DNA of 64,000 bases from Malacoraja senta (lineage: Eukaryota). The notes below the pieces were generated by a model. The model saw only the letters and a list, made by a program, of their open reading frames with translations, searched no databases and had not been told where the DNA came from. Position numbers and translations under genes: made by a program. Location of the stretch: assembly GCA_038087875.1 (NCBI GenBank), contig CM075997.1:7690001-7754000 (forward strand), written 5' to 3'. How positions within the stretch are numbered: the stretch's first letter is position 1; every line of letters starts with the position of its first letter. This document shows, piece by piece, positions 36,799 through 49,611 of this stretch.

Positions 36799-37823
36799 TA
36801 GGTATGTTTCTATACTTACCTTCAATGGCGCTGTAATTCTGCCACTGGCCGTGTGCGCGATTTTGGCGCCTTTAAAGGGGGGGCGGGCTTAAAACGCGGG
36901 TTTCTCCTACCTTGTCCTGAATTATATTTCGTTGGAGTACAAGCGTTTGCTGAAAAATCGTTCCTAGGGGCGTTTTGTGAATTTTTTATTTTTATTAAAT
37001 CGACAATGTCAGTCATTTTAAAATCAGCTCCTGAAGCCGTCAACGCCGATAACGGGGACGGATTTCACACACGGGACAGGTAAACGAAAGTGGTTTCTTT
37101 TAATGTATAAAAGTGCTTCTTAAGAAGCCTTTAATTCACATTTTTTCATGCGAAACGGTGATTTTATTCCCCGAACTAACGGCAGTATTTTTCATGCCGA
37201 TACGGGGTTAAATTCACCGCAAATGAACGTTCCAAAAGATCGCGTTCCAGAAAACCTCACTCGCAAGATGATTTAAATGCCCATTAATTTACAGGTATTA
37301 AACATTCAATTCCTTCCATTGTAGATGACAATGAGATTTAAAAATTATGTTATATTGTGAATTCTTGTGTGAATGTTATTTGGACACTTAGGCTATTTAA
37401 AAATATTAATCTATTCTTAAGAAATTGATAGATGTTTAGATCTAGTAATTGAATTTTGTAATTAGCTACAATTAGGTAACTAACTAATTATATGCTTTAA
37501 TTTCATGTCTTCTAAGTAAGATTGTTTCATATTTGTTTCAGAATGCTTCAATCTATAATAACTGAAAATGTCTTTCAGTTCTCTTAATTTTTAAGAAAGT
37601 TATGGGCTTTTGACTGTCCTCGATCACAGATTTTGTGTTAAGTCAATGGAAAAGCAATAGGGAACAAGATGCTAATTTCCGAGTATGAAAATGGCCATAA
37701 CTTTTTTAATACTGAAGATATGAAAGTGAATTAGGTGTCAAATTAAACCTCTTTTTATGCTTTATCTGATGGGATAAATTGCAGACTTTATTTTTAAAAT
37801 CTCAAAATTTTGTAACATTGCTA
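36799..37823 (-). mobile_element. Non-autonomous TIR DNA transposon, shorter (1025 bp) relative of 15089-16640, 7-bp TSD
   Basis: Reverse-complement similarity; AATATAG at 36792-36798 and 37824-37830. Confidence 0.85.
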
Positions 37824-37984
37824 AATATAGATCATTTGCAGGAAGAAGGAATTAATTTATTTGGCATAATGTTCGGCATCAATATCGTGTGTCGATGTGT
37901 CGGTTCCTACGCTGTATTGTCCAAGGTTTTATAGCCTGAAACTGTGAAGAGTATACATCTAAATTGCATACCGACTGTTTTTCG

Positions 37985-38883
37985 TTATTTACATCGCTTC
38001 CCATTTAATGTAAACATATACTTCACTCCATTTTTCAGCTCCTCTCTAAATTTCCTTTGAGTCAGTCCATAGATGCAGGTGTTGGTGCAGGTACTGAGAA
38101 ACTGCAGCATAAATCCACATTGTTGAAATATATATATCGGAGTATTCAAATATTTGTCTGCATAGGTAACATTCACCGCCTGCCAGTTCATTGAGTGTAT
38201 TACATAGGGCATCCACAGTAATATAAAATTCGCAGATAGAGCGAATAGTAGAATCATTGATTTTCTCCGGTTCTCCATCTCTGAATCTTTCTGATTCTCA
38301 CTGGTACTCCGGAGCGCCTTCCGGACCTTATTTGCCGCAATGATGTGTCTAACGGTTAAACCATTAAAGAGAAGAATGAAACATATTGGTAGCAATGGTG
38401 TTACGAGACTGTCAAACAACTCGTGTCCTTTCCAGAGGGGAGAAGTAAAGTATTCAGGCGTTTTGACGCAAAGCCACGGCACAGAATCAATGATAACAAA
38501 AGGCTCGGCTTCAAAATAAAAAGGAATGCACCTCGCACAGCTCACTATCATCACTGTTACTATCACTTTGGTCGCTGTTCTCGCTGTACAATATTTTTCC
38601 CGCATATTTGGGAAACAGATAGCAACATATCTATCGAAGGTAAAAGCAACTGTTAGCCAAACGGAACAGTCCGTGCTTGCAACTGTAAAAACGGTGGTCA
38701 GAGAACATACCGGAGTTATGAGCAAGAAACGGGCGTAATAATAGATACTGTTAATCTGTCTCACAATATTAGCAATGAAAACCACCATGAAATCTGCTGC
38801 TGCCATTCCAACAAGGTAGCGAGTGATACATTTGGAGAGTCCACATTTTCCACGGGATAGGATCACGATTGCCGTTACATTAA
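37985..38883 (-). CDS. Class A GPCR, GPR139/GPR142-like, exon 2 (end of TM1 to C-terminus)
   Basis: Acceptor CTTTCTCCTTGCAG| at 38884; YLVGMAAAD (TM2), SVWLTVAFTFDRYVAIC (TM3), FILLWMP (TM6), CTNTCIY + RKFREEL (TM7/H8); no stops. Confidence 0.92.
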
Positions 38884-40143
38884 CTGCAAGGAGAAAGGAA
38901 AGCACAGAGTTAAGTAAACACAAAGCTTTACTAACAAAACTAATTAACATATCTTAAAAACGCTCGATCGCGTTCTGCAAAGCGGCCATAACCTGCATTC
39001 AGCGGCTACAGTACCAACTCACCTCCGCCTGCCAATTCGTAATGCAATTGGCAGATCAAAGTAATAATCTGTAATGCGGAGCTGGGATAAAAATGGTGGA
39101 ATCCTTCAGTGGCGAGTTGTCCTCGTAGAAATTGTGCGAAATATAAATATAAACGTCTGGATACACTCAGCACGTCAGACAGTATCAGCGGAACCGGAAG
39201 TGGAGACGACATTTCAGGCCGTTGTCAGGCCAATTAGGATTGATAGAAAACAAGTTACTGTGATGGGACACTCTGCCCGGATTAATCTATCGTTGGGGAA
39301 AATTATGTAATCTAGTGGAGGACTTATTTGGCTAATTAGGTGCGCAGGTATGTCGCTCACAGAGGCCATGAAATAACAACAAGTAGAGAGTAATGCAACG
39401 TAACTGTGACAATGTAGAGAGCAGTCGGACTCACTCTGTGGTGAGGTTGACCTGATCGCGAGGAAAATACTGAGCTAATTGTACAGATGACCATTACAGA
39501 AGGTTGTTTCCAATAATGGGTGGCTGATCAATGCGAAGCATGGATGCATATTGTAAAACAAATGAGATTGACAAATTTGTCATTTTGATGTTCGCGCAAA
39601 GTTCAATCCGGTCGAAGTCCTACGATCGACGTTTTCCAAAATGTAGTCCTGCAGGGAAGTTTAATCCTCAGTCGGATCAAGATGATCTAATAGATCGTAT
39701 CATCCTTGAAAATGCCTGATTGACGAAAACGTGTCGTTCAATCCTCTGGATCTGCGTTCAGCTGGCTTGAAAGCGGAGTACCAAGCTCGCTGGAATTTCG
39801 CAAACTGGATTCAGACACGTGGTGGTTCGTTGGAACATTTTGCACTTTTTTGGCAGAGATCTCAAGGGTGGGGTAAGACCTCGAAAGCAACTTAAAGAGT
39901 TGTAAAGGCGGCAAAAATTGTTTCTGTAAAAATATATGTTTCTCTATTAATGCAAATGCAGACGTAAGAACACCTACTGGCAATGCCTCGGAAATTCAAG
40001 TAAATTTAAAATCCAGAGTCAAAGTTACCATTAACACTAACACAAATGATATAACTGTGCAGCAGACAGATCGAAGGCCAGTAATTGTGATGGGTAACGA
40101 AAAGACGGAGCTACTGAAATCGTGACCAGACCCAGCGCCTTAC

Positions 40144-40228
40144 CAATAATACCAACCGCTGCAAACACAGGATAGTAAATGCTCGCTATGTAGTAAATTG
40201 CTGGATATGGCATTTTCGGTGCGAACAT
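40144..40228 (-). CDS. GPR139/GPR142-like GPCR, exon 1 (N-terminus + start of TM1)
   Basis: MFAPKMPYPAIYYIASIYYPVFAAVGII, G|GTAAGG phase-1 donor; joins exon 2 in frame over a 1260-bp intron to give 327 aa. Confidence 0.88.
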
Positions 40229-40569
40229 GCGACCAGTTCTTCAAAATGTTCTAGCGGTCCCATTCACATGCGACTGCATTATGAACATCTAATATAGGAG
40301 GGATAAGTTCCACTGCGCCAATTAGTGTGAATGTCTTGTCAGTCGTGTCATCCATAACACTTACACAATCCTTACGACTTGCTATTTTTTTTAACCATTG
40401 CGCCATTGTGCAATGCAATCCACTCCTAAAGGGATACTACAAAACATTAGACAAGTTGTCTGAAAGTGCAAGTTATGGCACGTAATTCCCTGACGTCTAT
40501 TACAAACGCAACGACTCCCAAGCGGCTTTGAGTATACTCTCATTCTGCCTTATGCAAGGATGTAAATCT

Positions 40570-42095
40570 TAATCAATACCCCCCATGTCTGCTATCAACA
40601 TGAGGCTTTCCAATCTAGGACGTGGAAATTTCCTTTCATCAGTAAACGTGGATCCTTCACTGCTGTTGTAAATGGAGTCCAACTCTTGTCTCCTCTATCT
40701 TCCGTAGTTCTGCACTCACTACACCTTATCACAAATGGAAGAGGGCCAGTGGTCTCATACCCCTCATCTATCATCACAGCAGCCTTCGCAACCAACAAAT
40801 CATTCCCCTTCGTTCCCGCCGTGTTGCGCATGATTCCACCACCAATCATATCGTTCTATCCCTTCCTCTATCAACTTCACGTGGAGATAATTGTCTCAGT
40901 AACTACTTGGATGGCTCATCCCATACCACCCAATGCGTATGCTTCCCAGGCTGTTCCCCAACAACCGCAGGAGATGTTCACCTGCCCTGTCAATTGAATC
41001 CGAGGGTTAGGGTCTTCAGAAAACCGAACTAGGTTCGTCTAAAATGATCTACCGCCGACAAAGCCATGCCGACTTTCCCTAAGTAGCCCATTCGCATTGA
41101 ATTGCGAGTAAATTCCATCCCGGACAAACTTCTCAAATAGTTTCCATGCCAGTGATGTGATCCATTAATTTCGTGGATTATCTTCACTTCCCAAAGGAAT
41201 ATCATTGGGTGTTCCCTCCGTCCTCCGAGAGCTCGCCTGTGGCTGGAGATGCTCTTCATTAAAGTCCTGCAATCTGTTCACTTGCCACTCTCTATAACAT
41301 GGCATAGACCCCATCGGGCTTTGCGCATATATCCACCTTCAAGAGTCCCAACATCAACTTCTTGAATTCTAACTGCCTTCGCATATTAGTATCATCACCT
41401 AATTATATTTTATTCTTTCATCTCTACGCATGCCGCCTCAGTGGAGTAATCTTCCAATGGTCCCTTGTCTATCCTGTCGTAATATTCTCCCTGATTGATG
41501 TAGCAACTCTTCCGACCATTTTGTCTCCTTTACTATCACATCTAAATAATTGAATCCCTGAACAGTTGCAAAGCCAGCCCTGTCCTTCGCGGAACTAAGT
41601 CTCTGCAATGGCCACGACGTTATGGTTCCAAGCACTGATTCTCATCTATTGCATCCGATGCTCTAGATGTCAGTAGCTCTGCATCGGTGAGACCGAACAC
41701 CTCCACTCGGTTCGCAATAACCAACCTGATCTCCCGGTGGCTCAGCACTTCAACTGCCCCTCCCAATCCAAATCTGACCTTTCTGTCCTGGGCCTGCTCC
41801 ATGGCCGGAGTGAGGACCACCGTAAATTGGAGGTGCAGCACCTCATATTTCGATTGGGCAGTTTGCACCCCAGCGGTATGAACATATTTCAGGTAGTCCT
41901 TACTTTCTCCTCCCCTTATCAGGTCTCCCTCGGCCCTCTGGCTCCACCCCACACTCACATCAGTCTGAAGAAGGGTTTCAACCAGAAACTGAGCCTATTT
42001 TCTTCGCTCCATAGATGCTGCCTCACCCGCTGAGTTTCTCCAGCATTTTTGTCTACCTTCGATTTTTCAGCATCTGCAGTTCCTTCTTAAACACT
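40570..42095 (+). mobile_element. Decayed Penelope-like element(s): RT/GIY-YIG remnants and 3' terminal repeat with degenerate hammerhead core (41965)
   Basis: VAQHFNCPS...RKLEVQHLIFRLGSLHPSGMN; terminal repeat 41950-42095, partial repeat at 42200-42250. Confidence 0.7.
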
Positions 42096-45084
42096 TGCTA
42101 TAAATTCATCTACTTTACCCACGGTGCGCCTTGCGTTGCAATAAATGCACATCGGGTTACTGGATGCGGAATCTCGATCCGAAAGATCGCCTAGTCCTTT
42201 TCTCCTTAGATGCTGCCTCACCCGCTGAGTTTCTTCAGCATTTTTGGTCCACTGCGGAATAACTACAGTATATTTTATTTATCTGCTATTAACGAAAAAG
42301 AACTTTGAAACAACTTTCTGTAAACCAATTTGATTTATGTAGGTCATGATCCTGAATTGATTGGAAAATGTATTTGTTTGCAAATCCCTACTGTAAAAAA
42401 ACATAGTGCAAGATGTATCAATATCTGTAGTACTTACTGCAAATTATTGTTCGGCATTTTCACAAGAAATCCGCCCCACCGCCTCGAACATCGGTAATTT
42501 CATTCACGTCTCTAAATTTTACCCTGTATATTAGAAACATAGAAACATAGAAACATAGAAAATAGGTGCAGGAGGAGTCCATTCGGCTCTTCGAGCCAGC
42601 ACCGCCATTTATTGCGATCATGGCTGATCGTCCCCAATCAATAACCCGTGCATGCCTTCTCCCCATATCCCTTCATTCCACTAGCCCCTACAGCTCTATC
42701 TAACTCTCTCTTAAATCCATCCAGTGATTTGGCCTCCACTGCCCTCTGTGACAGGGAATTCCACAAATTCACAACTCTCTGGGTGAAAACGTTTTTTCTC
42801 ACCCCAGTCTTCAATGGCTTCCCCTTTATTTTTTTTAACTTTTTTTTATTTATTTTTGTTAGAAGTAAGTACAATAATGTGGTACCATGGTACCTAATGC
42901 TTTTTGGCATATTACATTTCATATGCATTTCATGTACTTTTCATATACAACTTCTTATTTTTAATTTAATAATAAAGCAAAAGTAAGAGAGAAAGAGAGA
43001 AAATAAGAGATTGATATAGAGTGTTGCGTGAAATAGAAAGATAGCCAGAGAGAAGAAAGAAGAGAGGAGAAGAAGTAGAAAGAGAAAGAGAAAGAGACGA
43101 AATAGAGAAGAAGGGAAAAAAAGGGAAAAAAGGGAAAAAGGAGATTGAAAACGATATATCTATTTAATGTTGATGGCCACCCGTCACCTGATTCTGAACC
43201 ATTTTATTTATATGGTTGTGTTGCACCATATGCTTGTAAGAAGTCGATAAAGAGAGACTAAATCAATAAGAATTGGTCTACTTTACCTGCTAGAAGGAGT
43301 CGCATTTCTTCAAGATATGCCGTTTCCGACATATTTGAAATCCACATTTTGAGCGTTGGTGTTGGCGCATTTTTCCAAAATTTAAGTATGAGTTTTTTTT
43401 CCCGTTATTAAACCGTAATTAAGTAGAGATTTTTGAGACGTAATTAGCTTATTCCCATCTTCCATTGATCCAAAGATAATCCTTTCTATATTAGGTTCAA
43501 TTCTTCTATTAAATAGTTTTGTAAAAATTTCAAAATTTCATTCCAGAATTTATGAAGTTTTACACAGGAGACAAAAGAGTGTGTTATAGTTGCATTCTCA
43601 GATAAGCATTTATCTCAGATGGGAGAGATATTTGGATATAATTTGTTCAGTCTAGTTTTCGAGTAGTAAAATCTATGTAAAAATTTAAATTTTTTAAATT
43701 ATGTTTTGCATTAATCTAACATTTATGTATGTATATCAGGTATTTTCCCCATGTTTCCCAATTTGTATCTGTAATTCTCGTTCCCAATCTGCTCTGATTG
43801 CCTCTGTCGATGGTGATTCTATATTTAAAATGATATTATATAGGTATGATATTAAATTGCATGAGAATGCCTTCATATTCATGGCTTCAACTAATGAATC
43901 TAGTTAGAATTTGATATGCTTGTATGTGTTTTTTCAAATAATCTACAATTTGAAGGTATTTAAAGTATTGGTTATTTTTCAAATTGTATTTAATTGTAAT
44001 TGTTGAAATGATTTAAAAAAATCCCATTTCATACAAGTCTCCAATCCTTTTAATTCCTAATCTTTCCCAATAGGTATACGATTTGTCAGTGAGAGATGTT
44101 TTAAATGCGGGATTATTTACTATTGGATATAAAAGCGATACATTTCTTAATTTCAAAGTTAGTTTTATTTGTTTCCAAATTCGAAATGTGTTGTGGATAA
44201 TTGGAATCTTCTTATATATTGTGTTGTTTAATTTTATCGGGGAGAAGAGGATCGCTCCTATATTAAAAGGAGAGCAATCCTCTTTCTCCATTCTTATCCT
44301 TTCTACTTGTTGGGCAGAGCTGTCCAACCAATAAATTATGTTTTTAATATGTACTGCCCAGTAGTAGTATAAAAAGTTCGGGAGTGTCAATCCCCCAGAT
44401 TCTTTAGGTTTACACAGGTGTTTTCTGTGGATTCTATGCGATCTGTAGTCCCATATGAAGTTTGTAATATTGGAGTCTAATTTTTTAAGACGTTTTTTGG
44501 TAAGTATATTGGTATTGATTGAAATAGATACAATATTTGTGGTATAAAAATCATTTTTATAGCATTTATTCTGCCTATTAATGACATCGGCATGGTTTTC
44601 CAGAATGTAATCAACGCATTCAATTTAGTTAATAAAGGCATACAATTTGCGTTAACAGTGATTTATATTTCCTAGTAATTTGGATACCCAAATACTTGAA
44701 TTTTTCTGTTGCAATTTTAAAGGGAAATTTTAACAGGTGTGTCTAGTCTTGGGGTTTTAACGTCATAATTTCGCTTTTATTCTAATTTATTCTATATCCT
44801 GAAAAGGGGCCAAATTCCTCTATTAAATTTAATATATTTGGTATACTAACTTGCGAATTTCTAATGTATAATAATACGTCATCTGCGTATAATGACATTT
44901 TATTATTTGAATCTTTGGTATTATATCCCCTAATATTCGGATGGCTTCTTATACTTTCTGCTAAAGGCTCTATCACAAGGGCAAATAGCAGGGGTGATAG
45001 TGCACACCCTGTCTATTGCCCCTTGTTAAATGCAATTTTAAAGATAACATATTATTAGTCAGTATTCTAGCAGTCGGCTTGTCA

Positions 45085-45124
45085 AGCGACTTTGAGTCCT
45101 GAAAAGCGCTATATAAATAAAATC

Positions 45125-45185
<61 letters not shown>
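45085..45185 (+). repeat. L2-type 3' tail with (ATT)n microsatellite inserted in the L1 RT
   Basis: AAAGCGCTATATAAATAAAAT followed by ~20 ATT units. Confidence 0.75.
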
Positions 45186-47633
45186 ATTTTACCCATAAGA
45201 TAAAATTCTCTCCCATGTTAAATTTTTGCAATACTTTATACAGATATTGCCATTCTACTTGATCAAATGCTTTTTCTGCGTCCAATGAATTAATTGATAC
45301 ATCTTCTTCTTCAGTTTTTTGTGAATACATTATATTAAACAAGCGTCTCAAATTGTTGGCTGAGTATCTTTTGGGTATAAACCCCGTTTGATCCGGGTTT
45401 ATTAGTTTACTAACGTATTTACTCAGTCTTCTCGCTAAAGTCTTTGCTAGTATTTTTTGATCTGTATTTAAGAGTGCTATAGGTCTATATGAACCTGGTT
45501 CTTCTAGATCTTTATCTTTTTTTGGTATAAGTATAATAGTTGATTCGGCTAAAGTTTCTGGTAATGTGTTTTCTTTAAAGGCATGAGTATATAATTTTTG
45601 TAGGCGCGGAGAAATTATCTCGTGGAATCTTTTGTAGAATTCATTACTAAAACCATCTGGTCCTGGTGTTTTGCCATTTTTCAACGAGTTTATTGTCTCT
45701 TCTATTTCTTTAAGCTCCTAACTCCTCTTGTTCCAACAAAGTAAGTTTTGGAAGGTTACACATATCTAAGAAATTTGTAATTTTAGTGTTATCTGCTGCG
45801 GTTTTAGATGTATATAAATTTTGATAAAATTGAGCAAATCTTTTATTAATTTCTTTAGGTAATGTTAATAATTCACCTTTATCTGATTTAATTTTTGTAA
45901 TTGTATTTTCCTTTTCCCGTTTTTTCAGCTGACGTGCTAAAAGTTGATGTGGTTTATCGCCAAATTCAAAATTTTCCTGTTTTGTATTTTGAAATAATCT
46001 TATTACTCTTGCCGATAAAATGTTATTTAATTTAATTTCAATAAAGTTATCTTATTGTGTTTGTCTATGGTTGGGTCCTTGGCATTATCTAGGTCTAATT
46101 GTCTAATTTCTTGTTCTAACTGCAACTGTGTTATTCTTTTTATTGTGGTAGGCTTGATATGAAATTATAATTCCTCTAATAAATGCCTTGAAGTTTCCCA
46201 TAATAACGAAGGTGAAATACCTGTTGTATCGTTGGTCTCGAAGAAGAGTTTCATCTGTTAATTTAAATATATACTACCTTGTGGATTGTTTAGAATTTGA
46301 GGGCTAAAATTAGGCGCTTATATATTTATCATAGTAAGTGGAGTGGAATTTCTCCCATAACTATGACATACCTCCCCTCTTTATCTGATATGCTGTTCTT
46401 GAATTTAAATGATATATCTTTACGAATAATAATAGCCGTCCCTCTAGATTTAGAAGTACACGAGGAATAATATGTTTGCCCGATCCAATTTGCCTTCATT
46501 CTTATCTGTGTTTGTTGTTTCAGTTGTGTTTCCTCCAAGAATATTATTTCAGAATTAAGTGATTTTAATTGGGCCCTTTTAATCTTGCCCCTTTTAATTG
46601 GTTCATTAGCGCCCCTTATATTCCAACTACAAAACGTGACTCCTATCTTCTTTTGTTCATCGTCTTGCATTGTGAATCATTTTATTACCCTTAAGTCATA
46701 TGGTGCAGCCAAGTACCTCAGAGCTCTGGGTGTTGGGTGGTCGTCCAGAACTGTTGAATTTATTTGACACCTCCTTTTCAAAGTAAACCTTAAAACCTAC
46801 AAGAAAGAGTTAGGTGATGAAAAAATAATAATAATTAGAAAAAGTGGTGTTAAAGTATCTAAAGAGCGATACCTTAATAAAGAGAAACCACCTAACGGTG
46901 GTAAAGAAGTATTTGTGAGCTTCCGTCGTTGTTATTATACATTCAGCACCGCCCCCTTGACCAAATACTGTAAAAAGGAAGAAAGGTCGTTTCAAAGCTA
47001 TAAAATATATCCAAACGGGGAAAAAAAGACAAAAAAAACACGGGTTCTAAATCTCTATATGCATCTCCAAGTGGTCTAGTCTTGAATATATACTGACATT
47101 TACTATATGTTAGTTATATACCCATATATACCTATACCCAAACCCTTATTACCTTCAATTCCCCACTTAAGTCCAAAACTTTCATTTTAAACAACAGCAG
47201 GTTGCAAGGGGTTAACAGAGTCAGACTCCTGGCTACCTTCCAAGTGTCTGAATCTCCTCCCCCCTCATTTACACAAAACTTATGATGGTTCTATTATGAA
47301 CTTTTAATTAATTAATATTGTTGTTAGTATATATCTATAATTTAGCTCATAATCCTTAGCATTGGGGGTGCAATAAAAGTAGTTAGTATTATTGAGTTAG
47401 TTAAGTTAGTTGAGTTGGTTAGTTATTTTATGTTAGTATTTGATTATATATAAAATAATTTAAAAAAGCAATCAAGCTTTTTTATATCCAAGTCCATTTG
47501 TATTATTGTCCATGTTCTCGTGCTCGAGGTTGTTTTCCATGTTCCCCGACCGTTTTGTTTTTCTTTCAGTCCTTCATTCAAGGTGAAACATAGCTTGCGA
47601 CCTCGAATTCACATTCCAGGGAGGTAACTGTGA

Positions 47634-48443
47634 CGTTATCCACTTTGGTGCCAAAAACAGGAAAGTAGACTATTATCTGAATGGTGGCCGATTAGGAAAA
47701 GGGGAGATGCAACGAGACCTGGGTGTCATGGTACACCAGTCATTAAAAGTAGGCATGCAGGTGCAGCAGGCAATGAAGAAGGCGAATGGTATGTTAGCAT
47801 TCATAGCAAAATGATTTGAGTATAGGAGCAGGGAGGTTCTACTGCAGTTGTACAGGGTCTTGGTGAGACCACACCTGGAGTATTGCGTACAGTTTTGGTC
47901 TCCTAATCTGATGAAACACATTCTTGCCATAGAGGGGGTACAGAGAAGGTTCACCAGACTGATTCCTGGGATGTCAGGACTTTCATATGAAGAAAGAATG
48001 GATAGACTCGGTTTGTACACGCTAGAATTTAGAAGATTGAGGGGGGATCTTATAGAAACGTACACAATTCTTAAGGGGTTGGACAGACTAGATGCCGGAA
48101 GATTGTTCCCGATGTTGGGGAAGTCCAGAACAAGGGGTCACAGTTTAAGGATAAGAGGGAAATCTTTTAGGACCGAGATGAGGAAAACAATTTTCACACA
48201 GAGAGTGGTGAATCTCTGGAATTCTCTGCCACAGAAGGTAGTTGAGGCCAGTTCATTGGCTATATGTAAGAGGGAGTTAGATGTGGCTCTTGTGGCTAAA
48301 TGGATCAGGGGGTTTGGAGAGAAAGCAGGTATAGGATACTGAGTTGGATGATCAGCCATGATCATATTGAATGGCGGAGCAGGCTCGAAGGGCCGAATGG
48401 CCTACTCCTGCACCTATTTTCTATGTTTCTATGTTTCTATGTA
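47634..48443 (+). mobile_element. CR1 3' fragment nested in L1 ORF1
   Basis: ORF 47848-48342; (CTATGTTT)n tail. Confidence 0.93.
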
Positions 48444-49611
48444 ACATCTCTGGCCAACGCCTCATGAAACATTCCGCCATCTTAATGCGAACAAGTTCTT
48501 TTTTATATTTAAAAAAGGGTCTTATCTTCACCGGTTCTCCTCTGTAATGTTCTCAGACGTTCTCCTTTGCGATATCTTGTGCATATTTAAATGCCGCTTC
48601 TGGAGCCATAAAGGCACGTTCCGTCGAGTTATTGGTAAATCTCATTTTTGCCGGATACATGATTCCATATTTTACACCAGGGATTACTTTCAAAACATGT
48701 CATTCCTTTGTAAACATATTCCTTTTTATGACGATTTCAGCTGGGTAGTCGCGAAAAAACCGAAGATTATCCCCTTCGTATGTCTGGTTCGATCCGTACG
48801 GAATCTGTTTCATTATATCTTCCAATGCAGAGACGTCAAGACATTTCACAATAATCTGTCTTGGGGGAGTCAGTTCTTGTCTGAGCACGACGAACCCGGT
48901 AGAGGCACATCAATTCTCGGGTTTTCCGGCAGCTTAACGACTTGTTTAATTAAGTTACCCGCAAACTCACGGGGGTGCAATCCAGCCTCCCTCGCTTCCT
49001 TTACTCCAACAATTCTTAAGTTCTGCCTTCGCGATCTCGCTTCCAAGTCCAAGCATTTGTCAGTCATTTTAACAAGTTGCCCCCCAGCAGCTTCTTGTGC
49101 CTTTCTCAGTCTCTCTATTTCCTTAGACATCTCACTCATTATATCTTCCATTTCTTCCATCACCTTGTCATACATTTGAGTGGTCTTGAGAATAGAATCA
49201 AACTTCTCATTGCAGACTCTTTCCACCCGCTTAATTTCTGAAGTAAACTATTTCTCAACTTCTTTCACACGTTTCTTTAGGGTAGCAAATTGCTCAATCA
49301 TTTCATCGCTACCTTGTTTAATTTCTTTAGACAGATTTTTCTCCAGTGTGATGTTCCCATCCAGTATCATTTGAGATATCATTTGAGAAATGTCTTTAGC
49401 AACTGAAGCTCTTACGGATTGTTCTATTTGTTCCATCTGTCTCTCCTTCGCAGCCATTTCGCAAGGTACCCTTTGAGAGTCAGCTTCTTCTCCTGAGCTT
49501 TCAGCTGCTGTTTGCAGATGTTTACCAAGTTCTTTAAGATGGCTTCTTGTAGCAGGTCTTTCAGTTCTCTGAGGAAGATCATTTTTCCTGCATCTAGCTT
49601 GTCCAGTCCTT

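Larger units (their letters stand above)
42830..49580 (-). mobile_element. Near full-length decayed L1: coiled-coil ORF1 (~49457-47565) and ORF2 EN-RT (46670-~43200)
   Basis: DLEARSRRQNLRIVG (ORF1); SWNIRG, SRGTAI (EN); KTPGPDG, YRPIALLN, DAEKAFD, LYADD (RT); poly-A near 42830. Confidence 0.93.

Noticed and set aside
38884..38950. ORF-track N-terminus MLISFVSKALCLLNSVLSFLLA as the GPCR start or signal peptide
   Set aside because: It spans the polypyrimidine tract and AG acceptor; the real first exon is at 40228-40144
40285..40325. TATA/CCAAT promoter of the GPCR
   Set aside because: TATATTA ~65 bp upstream of the ATG is plausible but too weak to call without transcript data
48547..49179. 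210-aa plus-strand ORF and similar antisense ORFs over LINEs
   Set aside because: Antisense shadows of L1/CR1/Gypsy coding sequence
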